Of a stretch of 35,001 nt of DNA, positions 8,332 to 18,512 are shown in pieces. The position numbers and the translations under genes are program-made. The DNA comes from a virus (lineage: Duplodnaviria > Caudoviricetes). The DNA is taken from the IMG/VR virus record IMGVR_UViG_3300029318_000041, positions 1 to 35,001 of that record; one strand, 5' to 3'. The notes under the pieces were generated by a model, which saw nothing but the letters and a program-made list of their open reading frames with translations, made no database searches and was not told the origin of the DNA. Position 1 is the first letter of the stretch. Every line of letters starts with the position of its first letter.

Positions 8332-9564
8332 ATGGCACTGTCAAACTACACTGAGCTAAAGGCTTCAATCGCTGACTATTTAAATCGCAGTGACCTGACT
8401 GCTGCGATACCTGACTTCATATCGCTCACTGAGGCGAAGCTGAAGCGTCGGTACAAAGACTTTAGCCCTCTTTCGTCCTCAAATGCCAACAACTGGATAC
8501 TAACGAGTTACCCGGATGTCTATCTTTATGGGGCGCTGTTAGAGGCGTCACCGTATTTGGTGGAAGATCAGCGCGTCGATATTTGGGCGCAACTGTATGC
8601 GGCGGCTGTAGGCACGTTAAGGGGGACAGTAGGCAACGCAGACTTTGACGATTATGACGGCTTAAAGCTGGCGGTAGGAGATTGGCTTGCACGGGCGGAT
8701 TTAGACGGTGTTGTGCCGCAGCTAATCAAGCTCGGCGAGGTTAAGTTATTTCGCAAATATGACGGTGTTACGGCGTTATCCTCCAGCAATACCACTAACT
8801 GGATTCTTACAAATCACCCTGATTTGTATTTGTATGCCTCACTGTCTGAAGCTGCGCCATATTTAGGCCAAGATGATCGGTTAGCGGTATGGAAGAACCT
8901 TTACGCTGCAGAGGCTCTAAGGGTCAGAAAGCCCAAGGACGGAGTCAGCCTATCAACTTATACCGGACTTAAAGCTGCGATAGCTGACTGGCTAGAGCGG
9001 TACGATATAGATGACATTATTCCACGCTTTGTAGAGTTGGCGGAAACGTCATTAAATCAAGATGTCCGACATTACTACATGGAAAACAGAGCTAATGCCG
9101 ACTTGGACAGTCAATATCTGCAAAGGCCGTCAGATTGGATAGAGACAATACGCTTTCATCTGACTGGGAGCGGAACGCGCAATCTGCAATACCTTTCAGC
9201 CGCATCTATGGCTGACAAGCGTCAAGGGGCAGATAACACCTCTGGGGAACCCAAGTATTATCGCCATGCAGAGCGCGGCTTTGAGGTGTTCCCGACCCCT
9301 GACGGCACTTATCAAACGGAGCTTCTGTATTACCAGAAGATTCCAGCGTTAGATGCGCAAAATGCTAGTAACTGGGTTTTGGAGCATTACCCGGATGCTT
9401 ACATATATGGCTCGCTGGTTCACGCAGCGACATATCTGGGGGATGATGCGCGGGCAGCAACGTGGGCGGGCCTGTACTCGGCGGCGGTGCAAAGAATTAA
9501 CGAGGCGGCTCAGAGCCAGTATTCAGGTTCTGGGCTAACACTTAAAGTTAGGGGATTAGGATGA
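8332..9564 (+). CDS. head-tail adaptor protein with three tandem adaptor repeats
   Basis: Y..LK..IAD.L.R.D...IP.FI.L.E and NW.L..YPD.Y.YG.L....YL..D.R...W..LY motifs each occur three times. Confidence 0.75.
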   Translation: MALSNYTELKASIADYLNRSDLTAAIPDFISLTEAKLKRRYKDFSPLSSSNANNWILTSYPDVYLYGALLEASPYLVEDQRVDIWAQLYAAAVGTLRGTVGNADFDDYDGLKLAVGDWLARADLDGVVPQLIKLGEVKLFRKYDGVTALSSSNTTNWILTNHPDLYLYASLSEAAPYLGQDDRLAVWKNLYAAEALRVRKPKDGVSLSTYTGLKAAIADWLERYDIDDIIPRFVELAETSLNQDVRHYYMENRANADLDSQYLQRPSDWIETIRFHLTGSGTRNLQYLSAASMADKRQGADNTSGEPKYYRHAERGFEVFPTPDGTYQTELLYYQKIPALDAQNASNWVLEHYPDAYIYGSLVHAATYLGDDARAATWAGLYSAAVQRINEAAQSQYSGSGLTLKVRGLG

Positions 9565-9974
9565 GCTTTTCTGATTATTTAGAAGACAAGGTGCTGGAAC
9601 ACGTATTTGGCGGTAACGCCTATACAGCGCCTTCAACGCTCTATGTGGGGCTTTTCACCTCGGCGGGTAGTGACAGCGCCACTGGTACGGAACTGTCTGG
9701 TAGCGGCTATGCGCGGCAGTCTGTGGCCTTTACGGTGTCCGGGACATCACCCACCACAGCGGCAAGTAGTGCAAACGTGGAGTTTCCACAAGCGACTGCA
9801 GCGTGGGGTACTGTGACCCACGCAGGTATCTTTGATGCGTCATCAAGCGGGAATATGCTGGCCCACGCGCAGCTAACAGACCCGTCAGACTTTACGACCG
9901 CATTGCCGAAGACTGTAGGCTCTGGCGACATCTTGCGTATTTCAGCGGGCAACTTGAAGGTGACACTTGACTAA
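9561..9974 (+). CDS. virion structural / tail-associated protein
   Basis: SDYLE..VL.HVF...YVGLFT...ELSGSGYARQ...WGTVTHAGIFDA.SSGNML pattern. Confidence 0.7.
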   Translation: MSFSDYLEDKVLEHVFGGNAYTAPSTLYVGLFTSAGSDSATGTELSGSGYARQSVAFTVSGTSPTTAASSANVEFPQATAAWGTVTHAGIFDASSSGNMLAHAQLTDPSDFTTALPKTVGSGDILRISAGNLKVTLD

Positions 9975-12493
9975 TGGCTACCATCGTAACCCGTGCAGGG
10001 AAGGGGTCGGCGCTAACGCATAATGAAGTAGACGCCAACTTTACAAACCTCAACAGCGACAAGCTAGAAGCCAATAGCAACATCACGGTGGCTGATGCTA
10101 CGGTGACTGGCGACTTGACGGTACAGGGGACTACGACAACCCTGAACACTGCAACGCTGCAGGTCGAAGACAAAAATATCACGCTCAACTACTCGACCGG
10201 CGACTCATCAGGGTCTGCGGATGGCGCGGGTATAACGATTCAAGACGCTGTCAGCAGTAGCACGGACGCCACTATCCTTTGGGATGCGACTAACGACACG
10301 TTTGACTTCAGCCATGCGTTGCAGGTGCAGGGTCTGGTAGATATAGCGTCTGGCGAGATCGGGCTAAAAAACTCTGGGTCGGTCAGTAACATCAAGTTCT
10401 ACTGCGAGGTCAGCAACGCACACTACACCGCGCTGCAATCGTCACCACATAGCGCCTATTCCGGTAATGTCACGCTGACACTGCCACCGGCTACTGACAC
10501 GCTGGTAGGCCGGGCAACGACTGACACGCTGACAAACAAAACGCTTACATCGCCGGTCCTTTCGGGTAACGTAGGCGTGGGTGTCGCAAGTCCCAGCAGT
10601 TTTTTCCATCTAAAATCTGACGATAATGGAATAATTTTTCAATCATCGTCCTCATCGAATAGCAGAGCGCAAATATTTTTCCAAAACACTGGCGGTACAA
10701 CCACAGGGAAAATAGCTGTAGACCCAGATGGTGCAAATGCAAACGTAATGACGTTTAGCACAGGCTCAACAGAGCGTTTTCGCATTGATGGGGACGGCGA
10801 TATTGCAATAACCGCAAACGGCGGTGGAGCCAGCAACTCCGCAGATATTGTTTTGAATTCACGCGCAAAATTTGGCTATGACGGCTCACGCGCGGCCGCA
10901 GTAGTTAGCGATAACGGAAATAATAAATCCATTGTTTTTGACACAAATGGAAGCGAGCGTGTACGCGTTAACACTTTGGGTGAAGTTGTTATCTCAGGCA
11001 ACGGCGGTAGTACCACTAACTCTCTGGATTTGTCTTATAACGGAAGTAGTGGGGTAGCCAACATACAAGCAGACTCAAATGGTGGCAACACATCGTTAAC
11101 TTTTGGGACTTCCGCCTCTGGGACAGTAGCTACGAGATTGACCATTGCCAGCGACGGGGCCGCAACATTTACCTCTGGTATAAATGCAACAAGCATAAAC
11201 ACAACCGCTACCAATGTATTCGCAATAGCTTCTGGGCAGCCGTTCTATTGGAAAGACACAAACGCCACTAACGGTACGAACTGCAATGTCTATAGCTACT
11301 GGTACGCGCAAAATACAACGCTTGGCTACATAGGTTACGGCACAAGTTCAAATTCTTACCTTTACTTAACCAACTCATCAGTCGGTAGTCTTTACTTTGG
11401 TGCTAGTTCAGCCAACGGCTTTTTAGCTAACGGTAGCGTAATGTGGCACGCCGGTAATGACGGCTCAGGATCAGGACTTGATGCGGATTTGTGGGACGGA
11501 AATCAATTTTCCAGCTATTTGAATCAGGCTGTACTTACAACTTCCAACCCGACGTTTGCCACCATAAATTATACCAATGCGTTATATGCGTATGAGGGCA
11601 GTAACTACGTTGCTCAAGATCCTCGATGGAATAGCTCCGGGTATAACGCAAACGAAGGCGTCCACCATATGTACTGCACTACAGCCTCAGGCGGTACATA
11701 TGGGCAAGTCGGGATGGCGTTATACAATGGCGGGGCTTACGTCTACCTAACCACTAAGTCTGGTGACTCGAACTTTTATCACAATAATTCAAAGATGTGG
11801 TCTGCAGGCAACGACGGCTCAGGCTCGGGGCTAGATGCAGATACGCTTGACGGCTACAACTCTGGCACTGGCGGTGCAAACACAGTGGTACGGACAAACA
11901 GTAGCGGCTATATAGCCCATAATGACTGGATAAGTATCGGTAACGGCACCGGCCTTTTTATGGCAAACGGCGGGTATTTTTACCAAGACACGACATACGG
12001 GTGGTATGCAAGAAGTCCGAGTGCTAGTAACAGCTCTATCAGAATGCAAAATTCATCCGGTACACTTATAGGCTGGTATTATTGTGATAACGCCGCTAAT
12101 CAAGGATTTTTAACTACTTCAGGCGGCTGGTCGTTTAAAGTTGATAACTCTGGGAATGCAACCGCTACAGGCAACGTAACTGCCTATTCAGACGTTAGGC
12201 TCAAAGAAAACATACAGCCATTAGAAAACTCACTGGATAAGGTGATGCGTCTCAGGGGCGTTTCTTACACCCGCAAAGATACTGGCTCCCACGAGATTGG
12301 CGTTATTGCGCAAGAAGTAGAAGACGTCATACCCGAGTTTGTACACATAAGTGACGGTGTAGCAACAGACGAAAATGCGCTTGCAGACGTTCGCTCTGTT
12401 GATTACGGACGCATGGTGTCTGTTTTGATTGAGGCAATAAAAGAGCAGCAAGCACAAATTGAAGAGTTAAAGGAGGCCGTCAAGTGGCAGTGA
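9974..12493 (+). CDS. tail fibre with C-terminal peptidase S74 intramolecular chaperone
   Basis: LTHNEVDANF N-terminus, ER.RI...G repeats, two W.AGNDGSGSGLDAD repeats, YSDVRLKENI...IGVIAQEVE...VDY..LIEAIKE. Confidence 0.92.
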   Translation: MATIVTRAGKGSALTHNEVDANFTNLNSDKLEANSNITVADATVTGDLTVQGTTTTLNTATLQVEDKNITLNYSTGDSSGSADGAGITIQDAVSSSTDATILWDATNDTFDFSHALQVQGLVDIASGEIGLKNSGSVSNIKFYCEVSNAHYTALQSSPHSAYSGNVTLTLPPATDTLVGRATTDTLTNKTLTSPVLSGNVGVGVASPSSFFHLKSDDNGIIFQSSSSSNSRAQIFFQNTGGTTTGKIAVDPDGANANVMTFSTGSTERFRIDGDGDIAITANGGGASNSADIVLNSRAKFGYDGSRAAAVVSDNGNNKSIVFDTNGSERVRVNTLGEVVISGNGGSTTNSLDLSYNGSSGVANIQADSNGGNTSLTFGTSASGTVATRLTIASDGAATFTSGINATSINTTATNVFAIASGQPFYWKDTNATNGTNCNVYSYWYAQNTTLGYIGYGTSSNSYLYLTNSSVGSLYFGASSANGFLANGSVMWHAGNDGSGSGLDADLWDGNQFSSYLNQAVLTTSNPTFATINYTNALYAYEGSNYVAQDPRWNSSGYNANEGVHHMYCTTASGGTYGQVGMALYNGGAYVYLTTKSGDSNFYHNNSKMWSAGNDGSGSGLDADTLDGYNSGTGGANTVVRTNSSGYIAHNDWISIGNGTGLFMANGGYFYQDTTYGWYARSPSASNSSIRMQNSSGTLIGWYYCDNAANQGFLTTSGGWSFKVDNSGNATATGNVTAYSDVRLKENIQPLENSLDKVMRLRGVSYTRKDTGSHEIGVIAQEVEDVIPEFVHISDGVATDENALADVRSVDYGRMVSVLIEAIKEQQAQIEELKEAVKWQ

Positions 12494-12723
12494 CTTACAC
12501 ATACAACGCTCCAGAAGGGACGGAGCCGACCATCATGGTGGCGTTTACCGATGGGACAATTACGCATAGGCGGTCAGTCAACGCTGTGTATGTTGATGGC
12601 AGCTACGACGCTGATGCAACAGAAGCTCGTGTTGCTGAGGTAGCAGCGGGAGTTGAAAACAAAATTGCTGTCGGAGTCATCACAGAAAGTAGCGAAGAGC
12701 CTGCGCCGACCCCTCCGGGCTAA
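12484..12723 (+). CDS. tail fibre-associated small protein
   Basis: SD AGGAGG; follows the fibre gene. Confidence 0.7.
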   Translation: MAVTYTYNAPEGTEPTIMVAFTDGTITHRRSVNAVYVDGSYDADATEARVAEVAAGVENKIAVGVITESSEEPAPTPPG

Positions 12724-12726
12724 ACT

Positions 12727-13311
12727 ATGGCACTTCAAAGTAGCGGGGCTATAAGTCTTAACGACATCCATACGGAGGTTGGCGCGACGTCTGGGACAAG
12801 CTGTTCTATGGGCGACTCAGATTTAAGAACGCTTGCTGGCGACACCAGCGGCGCGATTTCAATGAGTCAGTGGTACGGCAAAAGATTTTGTACCGTTGCT
12901 GAGTGGAACTCATATTGCGCGACAATTACAAGCACTACGCGCTTAGGCTCTCAAACTTACGCGAGTACAGGCTGGGTAAGGGTTACTAGCCCTGCGTCGT
13001 CTGGAACAATGTGGGGTAGCCCTCGAAACAATGCCGTAACAAGTGACTCTGGGTTAAGCCGGGTATGCCAGCACATGGTAGGAAGCTCGACAGAGTGGAA
13101 CTGGATCGTCAGCAATGGCGTTCAACTACTCATATACCAACGAAATTATGGTAGTTGGAGTACCTTCACCGCAGCAACTTACAATGGATATACGTCAGCT
13201 AGTTTTGGGACGTTTGACGCTAATGACAGTTATCAGTGCCGTTGGTTGTACGATGGCACGGCTTATTCTCGCGTCTGGAATGGTTCGCCAAGTGTACTCG
13301 CAGTAGGGTAA
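12727..13311 (+). CDS. putative fibre-tip adhesin / receptor-binding protein
   Basis: MALQSSGAISLNDI...GAISMSQWYGK N-terminal fibre-attachment pattern; aromatic/Ser/Thr-rich C-terminus. Confidence 0.65.
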   Translation: MALQSSGAISLNDIHTEVGATSGTSCSMGDSDLRTLAGDTSGAISMSQWYGKRFCTVAEWNSYCATITSTTRLGSQTYASTGWVRVTSPASSGTMWGSPRNNAVTSDSGLSRVCQHMVGSSTEWNWIVSNGVQLLIYQRNYGSWSTFTAATYNGYTSASFGTFDANDSYQCRWLYDGTAYSRVWNGSPSVLAVG

Positions 13312-13314
13312 AAA

Positions 13315-13767
13315 ATGGAATATTCATACGAAATTTTAGTCGCAGAGCCGTTGCATAAAGCCCTTTCTGTCAAATATTTCAAAGAGGGAAAAGCTGACTA
13401 TTATAAAAATTTTATAGTCGAAGACTGGTCAGATTCGTCGACGGTAACATCTGTTATTGTCGGGTTCGCGCCGTTTGTCATTGAGTATTGGGGCTATCAA
13501 GATTCTGCGCCAGATACGAGTCCATTAGCAGTCGGACATATTGGCACAGGCAGTTCTGAGGCTTACTCGCCGCCAGAAGAAACTGTTTCCATAAGCGATC
13601 AGCAAAGGCTAAAAAGGAACACGTTGTTAGCCGAAACAGATTACATGGTGCTTACAGATACACCGGCACCGAGTCAGGCATGGCTAGACTATCGACAAGC
13701 GTTGCGGGATGTGCCGGGGCAAGAAGGGTTCCCAGACAACGTAAACTGGCCCACAAAACCCTCATAG
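13315..13767 (+). CDS. tail fibre assembly chaperone
   Basis: RLKRNTLLAETDY...WLDYRQALRDVP.Q.GFP..V.WP.KP. Confidence 0.85.
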   Translation: MEYSYEILVAEPLHKALSVKYFKEGKADYYKNFIVEDWSDSSTVTSVIVGFAPFVIEYWGYQDSAPDTSPLAVGHIGTGSSEAYSPPEETVSISDQQRLKRNTLLAETDYMVLTDTPAPSQAWLDYRQALRDVPGQEGFPDNVNWPTKPS

Positions 13768-13780
13768 ATGGAGAGCAACC

Positions 13781-13933
13781 GTGATTACTTTGGAGTTACA
13801 GGTAGAAGAGGTCAACTCGCTTTTGCAGGTGCTTGGCGAGCTACCGAGCAAAACGGGCGCGTGGCCTTTAATGATGAAAATTAAAGAGCAGGCCGAGCGA
13901 CAGGTCGAGCCAGAAGCCGAAAGCGATGACTAA
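13781..13933 (+). CDS. 50-aa hypothetical protein (not in the ORF track)
   Basis: MITLELQVEEVNSLLQVLGELPSKTGAWPLMMKIKEQAERQVEPEAESDD; SD GGAG, GTG start, TAATG coupling to the next gene. Confidence 0.75.
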   Translation: MITLELQVEEVNSLLQVLGELPSKTGAWPLMMKIKEQAERQVEPEAESDD

Positions 13934-14400
13934 TGGACCCGCTTTCCATGATTGCTATGGCGTCTACGACCTTCAAGGGTATACAGACGCTCGTAAATCA
14001 GGGCGCAGAGATAGAGGCCGTGGCCCAAAAGCTGGGCGCTTGGTACTCCTACGCATCAGACATAAAACAAGCGGAGAAGGAAGCAGAATCACCCGGAGTC
14101 TTCAAAAAGCTGTTCGATGGTCAGTCAATCGAGCAACAGGCGCTCAACGCGACCATAGCGAAAAAAAAGCTGCAGGAGCAGGAAAAGAATATCCGAGAGC
14201 TAATCGTGTGGGCTTATGGGGTAGAGACATACCAAGAAATGATTATGTTGCGGCGGAAGATCAAGGCGCAGCGAGAAGAGGCAATATATAAGCAGCGCAA
14301 ACGGAAGCGGATGATTTTAGATAGCGTGATAATTATGTTTGCAATTGGGCTTGGAGCCACATTGATTCTGGGTGTGTTGCGTTTGGTGGGTGCAACGTGA
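13933..14400 (+). CDS. coiled-coil protein with C-terminal transmembrane helix
   Basis: MDPLS start, helical core, basic stretch then TM segment. Confidence 0.75.
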   Translation: MDPLSMIAMASTTFKGIQTLVNQGAEIEAVAQKLGAWYSYASDIKQAEKEAESPGVFKKLFDGQSIEQQALNATIAKKKLQEQEKNIRELIVWAYGVETYQEMIMLRRKIKAQREEAIYKQRKRKRMILDSVIIMFAIGLGATLILGVLRLVGAT

Positions 14401-14897
14401 GCCAGTATTGCGTTGAAAACTACTGGGTCGCGGGTTACGCAGAGGGGGACATTAGTTCTGCGGCGGCGGCAGTAGTTGCAGCAAGCACTGCGTCCATTGG
14501 CGCGGCAATCACGTTAGATACTGGTTACAGAACTCAAGCAACCTCTGTTGCAGACGTAGCGGCGATACGGCGTATTTTCCAAGCGTTTAAGGCGGCAGGT
14601 TCAAGTACAACGGTTATAGGTGCGCCGATAACGGTAACGTCTGCAGCCGCAATGTCTGGCACGTCGCAGCAGAACGTCGGTGCGGGCATTACATTTACTC
14701 GGCCATCAGCAAAAATGATTGCAACCAGCCAAATGCAAGTTAGCAGCAGGCTGAAGTGGGAGCTAGAAACTGAGCCATCAGATTCTTGGGCAAATATCAC
14801 TGAGCCGTCAGACTCGTGGACATCTGTGACGGAAGGGTCAGCAACGTGGACAGACAAGTTACTGCCCCATGAAACTAATGATGATAGGGTTAATTGA
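14397..14897 (+). CDS. Ala/Thr-rich tail-associated protein
   Basis: YW..GYAEGD N-terminus; C-terminal 10-aa TEPSDSW repeats. Confidence 0.65.
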   Translation: MSQYCVENYWVAGYAEGDISSAAAAVVAASTASIGAAITLDTGYRTQATSVADVAAIRRIFQAFKAAGSSTTVIGAPITVTSAAAMSGTSQQNVGAGITFTRPSAKMIATSQMQVSSRLKWELETEPSDSWANITEPSDSWTSVTEGSATWTDKLLPHETNDDRVN

Positions 14898-15778
14898 TGT
14901 TTAGAGCATTGATAGCAGGCCAAGGCTTAATTGCTGATGCAGAGCAAACGTATACTGCGGCTGGCACATATTCCTTTACCGTGCCGACAAGTGTAAACAT
15001 GATTTCAGCAGTTCTAATTGGCGGCGGTGGCGGCGGCTCTGGGAACTTCAATTTAGACCCAGAGGGGGGTCAGGGCGGTTCTCTCGTTTACGCTACGTTT
15101 TTGGTTACTGCTGGTGAGACTCTGACTATAGTGGTCGGTGCAGGAGGGACTGCTGGGCAGTTTAACCTCAGTAATCCAGAAGGTGGTCACGGTGGCGCAA
15201 CGACTATATCTAGGGGTAGCACACTGTTATACCGGGCGGCTGGCGGTGATGGTGGCGGCAACAACGCAAGCAATGACGCATCATTTATTGACGGCAACGC
15301 ATTATCCTCTGGTTCAAACAGTGGCGGTGTAGGCGGGTTAGGAACAGACAACCGAGAAGGCAACGGCGGCGGCGGAGCGGGAGGCTATACAGGCACCGGA
15401 GGCTCTGGCGGGGATTGGCAACAAGATGCTGGCGGCAGTGGATCTGGTGGTGGCGGCGGTGGCGGAGTATCGGGCGCAGTCGGCGGATTCCTTAATGGTT
15501 CCACGGGTGTTGGCGGGGCCGGTGGCGGCACAGCAATATTCGGAGCAGGCACGAGTGGTTCGGGTGGGTCTACGTTAGGCGCTTCTGGCGGCGTAGGGTC
15601 ATCCAACTCAGGTGTTAGCGGCGGAACTGTTGGCTATGGTGGCGGTGGCCCAACTGCATCAGGCGCTCGATACCTTAATCCAGATGCTGGAGCGGTAGGA
15701 GTTGCGGGAGATCATGGTGCGGTGAGGTTGATTTGGCCCGGTCAACGCAGGCAATATCCATCAACGAACACAACGTAG
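14897..15778 (+). CDS. glycine-rich tail protein
   Basis: YSFTVP..V..ISAVLIGGGGGG...GETLTIVVGAGG...GAVRLIWPG. Confidence 0.8.
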   Translation: MFRALIAGQGLIADAEQTYTAAGTYSFTVPTSVNMISAVLIGGGGGGSGNFNLDPEGGQGGSLVYATFLVTAGETLTIVVGAGGTAGQFNLSNPEGGHGGATTISRGSTLLYRAAGGDGGGNNASNDASFIDGNALSSGSNSGGVGGLGTDNREGNGGGGAGGYTGTGGSGGDWQQDAGGSGSGGGGGGGVSGAVGGFLNGSTGVGGAGGGTAIFGAGTSGSGGSTLGASGGVGSSNSGVSGGTVGYGGGGPTASGARYLNPDAGAVGVAGDHGAVRLIWPGQRRQYPSTNTT

Positions 15779-15787
15779 AGTTAGGTT

Positions 15788-16279
15788 ATGACGACGACAA
15801 CGAACTTCAACTTTAACCTACCCTCAGTTGGCGGTGACGCTAATGCGTGGGGTACTAAACTTAATACCAATTGGACAAATTTGGATGCAATCCTCAACGG
15901 GACAGGCACCGATATTGTCATCAATGGTCTGACAGCGAACGGTCTTACCCTTACAGGTGTGGTGTCAATTGATATTGACGGTGCAATCACGGAGGAGGTG
16001 CATTCTGCTGGGGCGTCGGGAACGATCAACATTACGGCGACAAATGGCACGATTCAAACCATCGCTATGACCGGCAACGTGACGATTACAGATGGCCTGT
16101 CTAGCGGGCAGTTTGTGACGTTGCAAATATCATCTGTAGGTTCAGACACTGTGACGTGGCCGACAATGGAATGGGTATATGGCAGTGCGCCAAGCCTTCA
16201 TGCAACCAGCGACAACTGGGTTCAGCTATGGAAAGTCGGGTCTACGCTGTATGGGTCGTTTGTGGGGTTTAGCTCGTAA
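15788..16279 (+). CDS. tail protein
   Basis: LPSVGGDANAWGTKLNTNW..LD N-terminus; NGTIQTI...VTWP..W..GSAPSL C-terminal domain. Confidence 0.7.
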   Translation: MTTTTNFNFNLPSVGGDANAWGTKLNTNWTNLDAILNGTGTDIVINGLTANGLTLTGVVSIDIDGAITEEVHSAGASGTINITATNGTIQTIAMTGNVTITDGLSSGQFVTLQISSVGSDTVTWPTMEWVYGSAPSLHATSDNWVQLWKVGSTLYGSFVGFSS

Positions 16280-18216
16280 TGGCTTTAGTCAAGGTTGACA
16301 TACCAGCCGGGGTTTACAACCACGGGAACGAGCTAGACTCAAAGGGTCGCTGGCTGGATGCAAGCCTTGTGCGCTGGAACAACAATTCGGCGCAGCCGGT
16401 TGGTGGCTGGGTGTATTTTGCTGATGTTGAGCAGCTTGTGGCTACTAGCACGGGCGACTTTACAGACGCCACTAATTGGACGTTAGTCCAAACCAACGGA
16501 ACTATCACGCAAAACACAACTGACGGCACCTTGACGTTCAACATGAACATGGGATCGGGCAGGCAGGGTGGCGCAGATATAACCCTGTACAGCATCTTAG
16601 AGGCTAACACAGACTACGTTGTAGAAATTACGTTTGACTCACTAACCGGCAGCGGAGTTCAGCCCCGGCTGAATGGCGTTTTAGGCACTACGGTGACAAC
16701 TTCTGATGTGGATGGTGTCACTAAAATTTCCTCAGTGATTAGCGTAACTACACCGCTAAACCAAAAAAACAGCGGCATAAACTTTAATGGTGGTGCGGAA
16801 GGTGTCATATCAAAATTTAGGGTGTACAAAGATGACCGTAAGTATCGTGCTGCTGTAGCGTGGGTAAACAATTCAAACAACCCGTATTTTGCCGCTGCTG
16901 CGTATAACAAAATCGCAGTAATCAACGGCAATGGTGTTAGCTACGACGTTACCCCCAGCCCAACACCGTCAGGCACGGCTAATGCGTCCCAGAACACCGC
17001 GTATGGCGGTTCTACCTATGGCAGTGGCAACTATGGTGTGGAAAGAGAGGAAGACTTTTCCGTTGCGGAAGCCACCGTATGGAGCCTGTCAAATTGGGGG
17101 GAAGATTTGCTGGCTGTCTCTAACTCAGACGGTCACATTTATGAATTAGATATGTCGGCGTGGGCATTAGCCCCTACGACTACACCCATGACAAAAGTTT
17201 CTGCGAACTCGCTGGTGGTAAATTCTGGTGGTTCAGCAAACCCATCAGAAGTGCCAACATCAAATTATGGATTGGTCGTGACAGGTGAGCGGTTTGTGTT
17301 TGCGCTCCGTGCTGGGGCCAACCCTCGGAAGGTTCAATGGTGCGACCGCGAAAACCTTTACGAGTGGGAGCCTAGAGTCACCAACGAGGCTGGCGATATA
17401 GAGCTACAAACGTCTGGATCGTTAATGGCTGGCGTTCCAGTGCGCGGTAGAACGCTGTTATTGACCACTACTGACTGCTGGACGGCTACATATCAAGGAC
17501 CGCCTACCGTGTTCGGGTTCCAGAAGATTGGCGATTCCTGCGGTTTATTAGGTAAAAATCTTTTGGCGTCTGTAGGGCCAAGTGCCTTCTGGATGGGCAA
17601 AAACAACTTTTTTGCGTATGACGGGACGCAGGCCCGCGTACTGCCGTGTGATGTCCATGACAAGGTATTTACTGAGTTGAATCGCTCAAAGGTCAGTCAT
17701 GGCTGGTGCGTTGCCAACCAAAAATTTAACGAAGTGTGGTGGTTCTACCCAGCGAACGGTTCTGATGAGTGCAATCGTTACGTTGGTTACGATTATCGTG
17801 AAAACCATTGGTTGATAGGCGATTTGACCAGAACCAATGGCGCGGATAGTGGCGCGTTCCAAGACCCTTGGTGGATTGGTAACAGCGCGGTTTATCGACA
17901 CGAAACCGGATACGGTCACGATAGTGACCCGGTGTTCTTGGAATCTGGCCCGATTGATTTCGCTGATGGCGATAAGGTGGCGAAGGTTACCGAGGTGATC
18001 CCAGAGGAAGATACTCAGGGGGATGTGAGCCTCAAATTCAAGACTAAGTTTTACCCGAACGATACGGAAACAACGCACGGGCCGTTCAACCCGGCCAACC
18101 CAATGAGCGTTAGGTTTACTGGCAGGCAGATGAAATTGCGGATTGATGGGGACGCGGGCAAAAACTGGAGATTTGGTGATCTACGAATAAGGGCAACTGC
18201 GGGTGGCAGACGGTGA
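16279..18216 (+). CDS. tail nozzle / DNA stabilization protein (P22 gp10-like beta-propeller) with an inserted domain
   Basis: GRW.DASLVRW...PVGGW, WSLSNWGEDL, VQWCDREN, NEAGD, FWMG..NFFAYDG, FNEVWWFYP, VRFTGRQ. Confidence 0.8.
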   Translation: MALVKVDIPAGVYNHGNELDSKGRWLDASLVRWNNNSAQPVGGWVYFADVEQLVATSTGDFTDATNWTLVQTNGTITQNTTDGTLTFNMNMGSGRQGGADITLYSILEANTDYVVEITFDSLTGSGVQPRLNGVLGTTVTTSDVDGVTKISSVISVTTPLNQKNSGINFNGGAEGVISKFRVYKDDRKYRAAVAWVNNSNNPYFAAAAYNKIAVINGNGVSYDVTPSPTPSGTANASQNTAYGGSTYGSGNYGVEREEDFSVAEATVWSLSNWGEDLLAVSNSDGHIYELDMSAWALAPTTTPMTKVSANSLVVNSGGSANPSEVPTSNYGLVVTGERFVFALRAGANPRKVQWCDRENLYEWEPRVTNEAGDIELQTSGSLMAGVPVRGRTLLLTTTDCWTATYQGPPTVFGFQKIGDSCGLLGKNLLASVGPSAFWMGKNNFFAYDGTQARVLPCDVHDKVFTELNRSKVSHGWCVANQKFNEVWWFYPANGSDECNRYVGYDYRENHWLIGDLTRTNGADSGAFQDPWWIGNSAVYRHETGYGHDSDPVFLESGPIDFADGDKVAKVTEVIPEEDTQGDVSLKFKTKFYPNDTETTHGPFNPANPMSVRFTGRQMKLRIDGDAGKNWRFGDLRIRATAGGRR

Positions 18217-18512
18217 GCAGAGAATTCCCACCGCCCTATGCTCCTGAAAACCCAAGCCAATGGGCAGAAGATTTATCGGATTACCTTACGAGAGTCCGGT
18301 CAACGGTTGCTTTCCAAGAGGGTGAAGATAAAGCAGCAAGTGATGGAATTATCATGTTTGACGTTAGCGCGTTAGCGTTAGTGCTAAGTAGGTCGGGGGA
18401 GTTTGTGCAGCTACTGGCAAACAAGGGCAATGCAAATCTGCCCACGAGTGACCCAACCGTAGCAGGCGCTTTATGGAATGATAGCGGCACAGTCAAGGTT
18501 AGCTCAGGATGA
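18213..18512 (+). CDS. small tail protein (position of the P22 gp26 needle)
   Basis: Follows the nozzle; LPTSDP..AGALWNDSGTVKVS C-terminus. Confidence 0.6.
   Translation: MSREFPPPYAPENPSQWAEDLSDYLTRVRSTVAFQEGEDKAASDGIIMFDVSALALVLSRSGEFVQLLANKGNANLPTSDPTVAGALWNDSGTVKVSSG

Noticed and set aside
11440-11850. Repeated W.AGNDGSGSGLDAD segments as DGR template/variable repeats
   Set aside because: They are common tail-fibre repeats, both in frame, and no reverse transcriptase is present.
14765-14855. 30-bp periodic repeats as a mini-CRISPR
   Set aside because: They are in-frame TEPSDSW coding repeats with synonymous variation and no spacers.
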